The notes under the pieces: generated by a model
Database searches by the model: none
Told to the model about the DNA's origin: nothing
Seen by the model: only the letters and a program-made list of their open reading frames with translations
NCBI RefSeq assembly: GCF_002105155.1
Contig: NW_019028995.1
Span: 791,350 to 811,349, forward strand
Source: Lobosporangium transversale
Taxonomy: Eukaryota
Direction of reading: 5' to 3'
DNA: 20,000 nucleotides
In this document: positions 1-10,174 of the stretch, in pieces
How the letters are laid out: each line of letters opens with the position of its first letter
Position numbering within the stretch: the stretch's first letter is position 1
Position numbers and translations under genes: made by a program

Positions 1-534
1 TTGAAACTAGCTGTACTCATTATAATATCACCAGACTCCTTTGCTGCAAAGGATATGCCTTTATCATTCTGGAGCAGCCCCTGTATCTCATCAACTACCC
101 AATGCTGCACATTTCTTCGCAGACTTGGTTGTCAAAAACAAGTATATTTTATTAATGAACCCGAATAGAAAATAAAATGCTGTCAAGAAAAGTAACGTTA
201 CAAGAGGAAGTCAAACACATCTTTAGAAAATCTACCAGCGTTCATATAAACGAGCGTAAGAGAAGGAACCCAGCGGTATGCTCAGAGAATGAGCAAAAAG
301 TCCATGAAACTGAGTATTCTGAGCCTTTGATGGACGTGCTCGAAACACCAAGTTGATCTGACCCAGGAGAATGACATTCTGGTGTCAAAAAAAAGTTAGC
401 ATAAATAGTTAAAAAAAAAAAACCAGCAACGATTGCTATAAAATTAGGGTTAAGATATGGTTTTTGAACAATATTTGAAAGAATATGGACTGTATAAGCT
501 AAATATTTTATTCCATGTTACGACGCTGTTTATC

Positions 535-1615
535 TTAGAGATCCACCACTGTCTTCCACAAATGGTCATTCAGGTAATGCACCGTCTCGACACCAATGCC
601 TTTGTTGATGCGTTTGCTAACATTGCAGTAATAAGCATTCATAAAAAGGCTCATCAGTAAAAGTATTCAATTATAAAAATGTTGCACAATTATCACTTGA
701 GCAACACTTACATGTCGTCAGTCGACATTTTCGTGGTTCCAACAGCCAAAATCTCATTCTTGCCCTCGGCTGTAATTGCGACAACGGTATCTGCAGGTAC
801 TGAAACGTCCATTCTAGCGCCTTTTGAAGTCAATCCTGGACACATGATGTTAGCGCCTCCTATAACAAATTTAATTGCACCACGATCCACCTGCAACCTT
901 GGTAACATGTTCGGATCTAACGACAGCAGTTTATCATTCAGCAAAGATATTTGTTAACGTATAATATAATCAGTCTTGCCTTGTTTCTGTGCTCATAATT
1001 TTCATATCGTCATCTTTTCCTTTGATGCAGTATTTTCCTCTTTACATTTATGAAGCAATTTTAGGGTTGGATAGTATGGTCCATCAAAGTGGTTAAAGAA
1101 TAGAACCTCATTGTTCATGACGATCAGGTTGATATGTTCATGGCTTTAAAAAAAAAAAAAAAAAAAAGTTAACATTAAATTATAGATAGCGTGGTGTTTT
1201 CAGAATACAGAAAATAAGGTAAAGATATTCTACCATTTCATCAAGATCAATGGTGACTTCTTTGGCATGACATCGTCAATGATTCCTTCGATACCATCTT
1301 TGTATTGCTCCAGGATCTTTGCACGAATACCGCGCTGGACTGAGGACTTGACCTGTGTATGTCCTGTGACATCTTCTTTGATATTGAACCTACAAGTGTT
1401 TGATGATGTTGACAAAGGAGAGATTTTTTTGTATCAGTTTTGATATTTGTTACTGCAGCTTTACTGTGCAACCGGCACCTTTGGTGGGACACTAATTCAG
1501 ACGTAGCACACTAGCACAGAATTAGAGGAAAGCTATGATGTTTTTCCCATGCTTTCGACAAATCCTTTTTTTTTTTTCTTTGTTGCATTTCTGTTTGCGC
1601 ATACTTTTTAAACAT
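535..1615 (-). CDS. TMA20: Translation machinery-associated protein 20 / MCT-1 (pre-PUA + PUA domain), 5 exons
   Basis: Exons 1615-1605, 1389-1234, 1143-1046, 916-712 and 616-535 join in frame through GT-AG introns. Product: MFKKFNIKEDVTGHTQVKSSVQRGIRAKI...KCHEHINL...[43 protein letters not shown]...KRINKGIGVETVHYLNDHLW, the characteristic MCT-1/Tma20 sequence. Confidence 0.95.
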
Positions 1616-1839
1616 GGTGTTTTCCTGCTCTGCTGTGTTTCCTTGATGATTCCTTTTTATTTTTATTATTATTACAATAGCCCATGCGACAATTGAATCT
1701 TCCACAAGTCAAGTCTCAAAAATTCGCTTTTTTTTTAAGCTCTTGTAGGGAAGAGATTCTGTTCCATCCGTGTAACAAGCTTTCCCATCCTCTTCAATCC
1801 CTCTCTTTTCATCCGCGCTACAAGTGGCGAATCCCGAAG

Positions 1840-3257
1840 ATGGTGAAATCGTCGCTGAGCCGCTTCAAGAGCTTTGATGCCTATGCCAAAACGCTTGATG
1901 ATTTTAGAGTCAAGACATCGACTGGTGCTGCAGGTATTAAAAAAAAGAGATGCTGGGTAGTGTCAAATTCCTTGGGCAGATGACATACTCATGCTAACTG
2001 TTTGGTGCGATTTTCTATTTCATCTAGTCACCTTTCTGAGTGCATTCATCATCCTCGTATTATTAATTGGAGAATTCCTCGACTACAGATCTGTTCGTAT
2101 AGAATCTTCCTTAATCGTAGATGGTGGTCGGAAGGAGAAGATGTCTATCGACTTTGATATCACATTCCCAAAGATCCCTTGTTACAGTAAGGCCATTCTT
2201 TTGATTGTGTAGTATCTGCCACTGGCTCATTTTCTCTTGCATATGTTTGAGGCTAAAGTTTAAATACATTGTAGTCTTGACGCTGGACGTCATGGACGTT
2301 GCAGGAGAGCACCAAAGCGATATCACACATTCTGTTTACAAAGTCCAACTAGCACCTGATGGCACTGAAATTAAACGTGAAAGGTCGCAAAGTAAGGATG
2401 ACTTATGGCTACTTTTTTTTTTTTTGAGTTTAGTCACCTTAAACCCTTTTTGCTAATGTTATTGAATTCATCCATTAATTTACGAATTTTAGATTTGGGC
2501 AATACGGGACCTGACCCAAAGGAAGTTGGCGAAAATTACTGTGGAGATTGTGGAGGGGCTGCAAGGCCAGAGAGTGGGTGCTGTAACACGTGTGAAGATG
2601 TCAGACAGGCATATGTTCGCTCTGGATGGTCATTCAATCATCCTGAAGGCATTGAGCAGGTAAGGCGTTGAATACAATTTTTTATCAAGGGCCTTTTAAA
2701 TCAGCGACTGTGGATCTGTTCCTATGGATTTGAGTGTTTTTTCTCATGGTGCCCTCCCTTGTCACTGTAGTGTGTTCGCGAGGGCTACATGGAAAAGATG
2801 AAGGAACAGGCGAATCAAGGATGCAGAGTGCATGGTATGCTTACTGTTAATAAGGTCACAGGAAATTTTCATATTGCACCTGGTCGTTCATTCCAGAATG
2901 CCAATATGCATGTGCATGATATTCAGCAATACCTCGAACATGGACTCGACTTTTCGCATCACATCCGGCGTTTGACATTTGGACAACATGTCCCCAATGT
3001 TCAGAACCCTTTGGATGATCAGCATGTTGATGGTGCAGAGGGGCTATACATGTTCCAGTACTATATCAAAGTTGTTGGTACTACGCACCATTACATGAAC
3101 AAGCCTCCTGTTAGGACGAATCAATATTCTGTTACTCAGTTCAATCGAAACCTGCATTATAAAGATGAGCATGGTCGTGTTCATCAGCCAAACGGATTGC
3201 CTGGTAAGCATCGGGGAACAATAAACTAAACGGAAATGTATCGTAGATGAAGCTTTT

Positions 3258-3288
<31 letters not shown>

Positions 3289-3488
3289 TTTTAGGTGTAT
3301 TCTTCAATTTTGATATCTCACCCATGATGGTAGTTCAAGTTGAGGAGCGCAAGTCGTTTACATCGTTTTTGACGGGAGTGTGTGCTATTGTTGGAGGTAT
3401 TTTCACGGTGGCAAGCATCATTGACGGTGCGATTTGGCGAGCAGAAAGGACATTAAAGCGAAAGATGGAACTTGGCAAGGCCCTGTAG
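1840..3488 (+). CDS. ERV46: ER-Golgi intermediate compartment protein Erv46/ERGIC3 (COPII vesicle protein), multi-exon
   Basis: N-terminus FDAYAKTLDDFRVKTSTGA, then DITFPKIPC..LTLDVMDVAGE, the Erv46-type Cys region YCGDCGGA..CCNTCEDVRQAY, GCRVHG.L.VNKVTGNFHIAPG, MFQYYIKVV and PGVFFNFDISPM..SFLTGVCAIVGGIFTVA. Ends KRKMELGKAL* (TAG 3486-3488). Confidence 0.95.
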
Positions 3489-3758
3489 TCAGAAAACTTT
3501 AATTACAATAATCCAGCTGGCATTGGCAATTCAATAAAAAAAGATGATGACAGACGCACATCACTCAAACACAAACAAATAATGTCTGTGCTCTATTGAC
3601 TTCACCTCCGCTTTTTTTCTTTTTTTGCATTCCATCCATTCCTTTCCTCATTCCAACTCTTACCTTTTTCTGTTTGTCGTGCTAACCGCAAATCTTCTTC
3701 CCCTTTCTACATTACACATTCCTATTGTCTCATTAACTTCCTCCGAGAGGAGATACTC

Positions 3759-6700
3759 ATGGTGTCGCTTCACTTCAAAAGTTCACCAAATAGCCATAAT
3801 CCATTCCATTCCCCAGAGATCCATAACGAGGATAGACCACTGCTTGCACACTTTCATGGTTATGATAACAATGGATCACCACGACCATTCCCGACCGCAC
3901 CCGTCACACCATTGGTGAGAGAAGCACGATATGGTAATGACAAATAGAGACATTAGAGACGAAAACTTGGGAAACAAGAGCATTAAAGGCTGATAACATT
4001 CGCTTTTTTAAAAAATCTGTACTATACGTGCACACAATTTGTTTAGCCATCGTCAATGCTCTAGACACGTCTCTCACTCGTGATGAACTCGGATCTCCAG
4101 AAATCTATCTTGCACTATTGTTACCCATAGTCAGGAGATACCGTGAAGAAAGGAGAGAGACAGCTGCGGTGTATGCCTTCTTACTCAATCGCTGGCAGTT
4201 TCTCAAGGACGCTGAGAGTGATATTGCTAATGCACGGGTAAACGAGACCAGGTATAACACATTAATATGACCTAAAATTGAACTTTAAATGAAGACGTAA
4301 CCTGCTTCAGAAGCCATAGTGAATGCAACTGATATTTTCTTTGTGCTATACTTTTGAAATAGAGCGCATGCATGCGAGATAGTAGCAATCAAGTAAGAAT
4401 GAATTTAACGTGAGTGAAAAGCTTCCGATTTTGGCCTTGATATGGATTATACTAAGTGCTAAGGCACCTTTTTATAGGATTCTCAAAGCCTTTTCAATGC
4501 GCCAGCTTATCGACGTGTTAACCTATGACTTTTCGCCTGTGAAAAGTAAGAATTGTATTGCATTAAGGAAAGGAGCCACAATACACCATATTTGCTTTAA
4601 GAGCTCACTATAACAATGCTGTTTTAGGAAAGGACACTCGATTTAGATTATACCTGCCGCATTTCGATGGCGAGCCTTCAACAGAGCCGATGAGTGCACT
4701 CGAGGTCGCAATCTCTGGAAAAGCAAAGCACTTTCTTTCGCATCCCTTAGTACAAGAAATCATAAGTAGGCCTATCTCGATTCTTTTGTATTTTAAAGAT
4801 TCAAAATGGAAGCCGGATAAAAGTGTCATTGTCGGTTGACTCAAGTCTGTTTGATCATCGGGAATAGACCAAATCTGGCTAGGAGAGATCGTTTTTTTTT
4901 CAAACGCAATCGATAATCCACAGTCATGTCATAATGCATCTCCATCCGAGATCAGGACGGTCACTGTCTATTACTCAAGTGACATAAAGTTTCTCAGGCT
5001 CTCAAGACTACGAGTGCCGAGGTACAAGACAACTTTCCAAATGGTTTCTTCCTCAGTGTTCATCATCGTGTACACATTCGTCACTTTTGCAAAAAAACCA
5101 GAGCTCACAGCCATGGAGATGGTAAGAGATTAAGATAAACTGAAGACGTCATTTTGTTGCTGTCAGATAGATGTGTAATAGGAAATAATTTCTATTGACA
5201 TGCATCGTATAAACTAGATTATGGACCTATGGGCACTTTCATTAACTTTGGATGAGCTTGTTCAGCTCAAAGACTCTGGACCATCATTTTACTTTGAGAC
5301 CGTCTGGAACCTGTTTGACGTGCCAATCTACATTATCTTCTTGGTATTTATTATTTTGCGGATCACTACGTTCTTCAATGGATCTATTGAATTGACATAT
5401 TTTGCCTACGACTTTTTGGCCTGCAATTCAATCTTGCTTTGGCCAAGACTCTTTGCGGCTCTTGGTAAGTTTATTCATATATTTCAAAGGGCCCGTAAGG
5501 GTGATATATCCACAACAAACAGGGAACTGACTCGACACTTCTTTTAGATCATTACAAGTTTTTTGGAACAATGCTCATTGTTCTGAGACAGATGCTTATC
5601 GATGCGACACTGTTCCTAGCACTCTCTTTTATATTCTACGTTGGGTTCCAGCAAGCATTTTATGTAAGTCTTGTCACTACTAGGTGAAATCATAATGTAG
5701 GCTCGTAGCGTTACTACTCTACATTGAAGAATCATTTCACTAACTCTACGCGTTCATCCATATAATGCTAGGCTCTCCATGACAACACACAGAGCTATGG
5801 AGAAATTGCATGGCTACTGCTCCAAGTGTTCTTTGGGTCGGCATTTCTGGGTTTCGAGCAAGCATCCGAGCTTTCAGAAAGGTTTGGGGCTCCTCTTATG
5901 GTCCTCTTCGTAGCAATATCAGTCCTCATGCTTTATACTCTTTTGATTTCTATTTTCTCGCAAACATTTGCAGAGGTAAATAACTATAACGCTCAGATAC
6001 AGTATTGCGAAGGAAGTTCGTCTAGGTATCTATAGTTAACAGTATTTTCTCTTTCTTTTGTTCAATCATCAGGTTAGCGCCAATGCGAAAGAAGAGTTTA
6101 TGTTTCTGTTTTCAGTCAAGGTTATGGAAGAAGTCAAATCAGATGCCCTATATGAGTTCCAGCCGCCCTTCAATATTTTAGCTAGCATTGTAATCTGGCC
6201 CTGCAGTCTCCTTTATCCTCCGGAAGTAGTTGGCAAAGTCAGTCGTGTTCTTTTGCGCTTCTTCTATTTCCCTGAGTTGGTCTGCATATGGGTCTTCGAA
6301 ACTTTGGCAATCAAGAAAAAGGGCCAGTCCTCCTCCGTCCGGCCAGGGTGGATTGGTCATCAAGCTTCTTATGGTTCCATATCTGAGCTAGCCCGAACAG
6401 ATAGTATGGCAATATCTGGAAGCGCCGCGAAGCGGAGACAAGAAGAAGGAGCGCATGATGGAGGGTTTAAGGCATCTAATGTAGAATCAACGCGTGGAGA
6501 TGCGATCTCTCCATTAGATGTTAGTGATCCTATGACGGATCCTTTCCAAAACGCATCAACTCGTGCTTTTATGCCTAGCTCAGTATCTCAATACCATCAA
6601 CAGCAACTTGATCAGCTCAACACACGGGAACTTGCAGCAAATGCACAAGCTTCGTCACCTTTCATGGAAAACATGCGGCGATTTGGAGACCCAAATATGA

Positions 6701-7143
6701 TAAACTCAATGATGGCAACAAACTCTATAACTCCAGTGATGAGAAGTGAAAGCAAAGATGTTTTAGATCAACCACAGTATTCATATTATTCACCAGCACC
6801 CATTAAGATGGCAACTAGGCGCACGCGCCGACGAAGCAGTATGCCAGTAAATTGTCAACCGCGCTATGGAGCAGACGCGACTTTGGCAAGCACATCTCAG
6901 GGTATTTTACCATCATATCGGAATGAGATAGGAGGTGAGGATATGTCAGCGTCGATCGGAGACAATATGAATGGGATACATCATCAATATCAGTCACAAG
7001 ACCAGCAATATGAGGGAACACAGGAGTTAGTTCAATTAATGGAAACACGCTTTGAAGAGATGTGGATACACATGAACCAAATTGAATCAAAGATCGATCA
7101 ATTGATGGATGTGCTTATTACCACCCATCAGAATAGTAAATAA
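3759..7143 (+). CDS. YVC1: TRP-family non-selective cation channel, fungal YVC1/TRPY1-like, multi-exon
   Basis: Spliced exons give family-typical segments TRAHACEIVAIK (30-nt exon 4363-4392), SALEVAISGKAKHFLSHPLVQEIINQIWLGEI, RLRVPRY, FYFETVWNLFD, LLWPRLF, pore-region MFFGSAFLGF, TLLISIFSQTFAEVSANAKEEFMFLFS and PPFNIL. Long disordered C-terminal tail with a terminal coiled-coil-like segment. Exact orthology to YVC1 is not verified. Confidence 0.85.
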
Positions 7144-7255
7144 ATAACTAAATATAAATTACATTCCTATTGCTTAAATGCGAGTATGATGTAAAGTAAA
7201 AAATTTATAATAAAAAGCTTCATACATTACTTTTCAAATGTCACCGTTCAAGAAG

Positions 7256-7265
7256 TATATAAAAA
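7256..7265 (+). promoter_or_regulatory. TATA box of the secreted repeat-precursor gene
   Basis: TATATAAAAA about 115 nt upstream of the ATG at 7380, followed by a CT-rich stretch (~7316-7330). Confidence 0.55.
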
Positions 7266-7379
7266 CGCGCTGTTGAAAAAACAAATCAAGGCTTTTAAAT
7301 ATTACTTCAAACCGCCCCTCTCTCTCTTTCAAAGCACCCTTCAACAGAATCACAGACAGTCCCTTTTGAATTGCCTACT

Positions 7380-8048
7380 ATGCATCATCGCTTCTTTGCC
7401 TGGATCGGTCTATTGGTCCTTATTTCTGGGTCTGCTTCAGCAGCGCCCGCTGCTGCTGCTGAGACCGTCTCTACAGAGAAGTGCCACATTCATAATGGAC
7501 ACTGCCATAAGCGCGACCTGGCCAGCACTAGCGTTTATACATTAACTACTGCAACAACTAATGCACAAGATGTTGATTTGGCCGAGGACTCTGATGACGC
7601 GCACGGCCTCTACCGTTACTATGGTGGCCGCTATCGAGGAGGAGGTTACTATAGAGGCGGATATGGCCGTGGACGTTACTACCGGCGCGGCGACATCACA
7701 TCAAACGAAGGTTTCTCAGACATCAATGTTGCTGCTGCAGATGCGAATGAAGATGTAGCCTCACTCGAGCATATCGATGACGGCAAAGACAATGCCCATG
7801 AGCTGTATCGGTATGGAGGAGGTCATTATGGAGGTCGATATGGCGGAGGCTACTATGGTGGAGGTTACTATGGTGGTGGTCGTGGACGTTACTACAAACG
7901 AGAGGATATCGCGGCGAATGAAGCCTCATCGGACACAAATATGGCGGACTATGATACTCATGTAGGAGATCATGACGAGATTGAGCATTCTTTGTATCGC
8001 AAGGGATGGGGCAAGGGATGGGGCAAGGGTTGGAAAGGTCACTACTAG
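7380..8048 (+). CDS. Secreted Kex2-processed repeat protein (KEP-like precursor) with Gly/Tyr/Arg- and Gly/Trp/Lys-rich cores, 222 aa, intronless
   Basis: Hydrophobic signal peptide MHHRFFAWIGLLVLISGSASA|AP; dibasic sites KR (aa44-45), RR (102-103) and KR (173-174); three H-x-L-Y-R motifs, each after an acidic spacer and before a cationic Gly-rich core; internal DNA duplication; upstream TATA box. The function is not recognised. Confidence 0.85.
   Translation: MHHRFFAWIGLLVLISGSASAAPAAAAETVSTEKCHIHNGHCHKRDLASTSVYTLTTATTNAQDVDLAEDSDDAHGLYRYYGGRYRGGGYYRGGYGRGRYYRRGDITSNEGFSDINVAAADANEDVASLEHIDDGKDNAHELYRYGGGHYGGRYGGGYYGGGYYGGGRGRYYKREDIAANEASSDTNMADYDTHVGDHDEIEHSLYRKGWGKGWGKGWKGHY
8001..8033 (+). 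repeat. 12-bp coding tandem repeat AAGGGATGGGGC (~2.75 copies) encoding KGWG
   Basis: AAGGGATGGGGC AAGGGATGGGGC AAGGGTTGG read directly from the sequence. Confidence 0.9.
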
Positions 8049-8909
8049 CGTTACTATGCACCATCATGGCAAAGTCAAACGATAGTTGATTACTTGACGC
8101 CGATGGCAGCCATGTTTCATATTGAACGAAATAATAAAAAAAAAGTAATCCTCCGTGAATTTCCATAAAATAAGAGAGGCTCCCTTTTTTATGGTAATAA
8201 GGCATGGATGTACTTGAACCATCAGCTGTACGTGAAAATGACTCTGTTCAATACTCAGCCTATCGAGTCTCACACACTCAACGAACGCCTCTGAATTGGA
8301 GTGCCCTCTACGCCAATCATGGTCTCAGACTTATAACAGAGCCCGTTTGCAAGCCCGGACTGTACTGAAGTGACAAAGTGCTTTAATGACAGCTGGTGCA
8401 TATTTCAAAATCCTTTAGTTGTAGAACTGCCCTTCCACCTGGGATACTGCCTGAAACTGGGTCATGGCTTTGGACATCCTCAACAACCTCGCTATTAATC
8501 GAGAAACCTATTCATTTAAATCTGACTAATCAACGTAATCAAAAATCCATTTAAAAGGCCATTCTTGCTCCGATATCATTCTTATAGGATTTGCTGCTTA
8601 TAAGTGTTGTATTCGTAATATTCCCTTGTGGACCTTTCTATCTTAACACTAACATCGCCGCCATACCTTACTTGGATGAAGTCGAGATATTTGTCGAAGA
8701 ACTTTTTATGTGTAATCTGTATGGGATTTTGTAAGTCGAAAGTTGAGACCTTCGAAAAAAATTTAAGTTTATCAACGCCACTTTCAGCCCAAGGCTGTTG
8801 GCTGCAACAAACAATAGCCTGTTCCTGATTTCTTTATCTGAACCTGAATTATTCATAAATTGGGACAAGAATAGTTGTTTTAGACATATTATTTCTATTA
8901 GTTATGTAT

Positions 8910-10174
8910 TTACTCTTGTTGCTGTTCTTGTTGATATTGCTGTAGCTGGGGTTGTTCTTTAAGTGGGCCTTCACGAATGCATCCTCCAGGAAGGAGAAAT
9001 TTGAATCGTTCTCGATGTTCGAGGACATATTTCGGTAAATAGACAGCAGAAGTGGATTTAAGCATGGCTCCCAGTCGACTGAACAGTTCCCGGAAGGAAT
9101 AGGCTTCTGGGAACATACCAAACAGATCCTTGCCCTCGCAAATGACTTGTTGGATCCATTCAGGCTCCATCATATAGCTGTAACGGACTCTATCTGCATG
9201 GGAGTACGCCTTCATCTTGAATCGGAATTCCTCAATGGTTCGAAAGCAGAAGGAGCAATGCGAACCTAACGAAAACGATAAATAACCCACTCAGCATCAG
9301 TCAATATCATGCCAATCATTCACTATTTTTTTTTTTTTTTTTTTTTACCTGCATCGCTCAAAAGGATAGTAGAAGATTGTCCATGCATATAACGGGTTTT
9401 GCCATGACTCCATTTGTGAATGCTTGAGCGCCAGTTTCCTTCGTCATTGACAGGGAATTCATAACTGTAAAGGAAGTTTCTGAGTTGAAAATGGAGATCG
9501 TCAGGCACTCCTTCGCATGATTTGATCAACTCGATAGTGTGGCGAGCCTGGATCTCATCCACATCTGCAAAGATGACGAGATCCCCATCTTGAACGCCAG
9601 TTTCTTGCAAGAACAAGGTCATCTCGCCTCTCATCCTCCCTTCATTGACCCAGGGTAATTGGTCAGGTTTTAATGGGTAAAGAGGGATGGACTTGTAAAC
9701 GATCTTGGATTCTGCAAACGCGAAGCGATCTCTATTTTGCTTGAAAACTTCCTGCTTGGGTAAGCCTGTGAATGTTGAATTGGATTCAAGGATCAAGAAC
9801 TTATCAACCACATCCCAAAGTTCGTTTATTCGGATTTCAAGCATGTCCAGCTCTTGACTAAAGACAACGGCATCATAGACAATACGTGTTTTTGGTATTG
9901 TTGCTGTGGGTACTACAGGTTCGGCCAAGACCCATCCATGAGCTTCACAGCGCTCTTTCATGGACATGCCAGGAGCATAATAATGGACAATGATCTGGTC
10001 CCATTTGGATAGAGATTTGTCCCAAATGGGGCGAACAAGGTATCCAAAATCGACAACAAGATATGGAAAGGCGAAAAAAGTGATGGATATACTGAAGATA
10101 CAAAGCATCAAGGTTGCCATTAGGATCTGTCTGCGAGTATACCGCGTAGCTAACACTGTAGTAGTGAGCCCCAT
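8910..10174 (-). CDS. Glycosyltransferase family 17 (GnT-III/MGAT3-like beta-1,4-N-acetylglucosaminyltransferase), type II membrane protein, 2 exons
   Basis: Exons 10174-9349 and 9265-8910. N-terminal TM helix, then GYLVRPIWD, VYDAVVFSQELDMLEIRINELWDVVDKFLILESNSTFTGLPK, DxD motif DVDEI, LHFQLRNFLYSYEF, HCSFCFR..EF.FKMKAYSHADRVR, DLFGMFPEAY and FKFLLPGGC. Confidence 0.9.

Noticed and set aside
1..356. Short open frames at the window start (177-356 +, 59 aa; another on - running off position 1)
   Set aside because: No recognisable motif or consistent splice structure, and the strand cannot be decided.
679..957. 92-aa + strand ORF
   Set aside because: Antisense shadow of the TMA20 PUA exon.
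7273..8273. Overlapping ORFs 7273-7545, 7561-7758, 7777-7965 (+) and His-rich 7723-8205, 8064-8273 (-)
   Set aside because: Alternate-frame or antisense products of the Gly/Tyr-rich precursor; the His/Pro richness follows from reverse-complemented Gly/Tyr codons.
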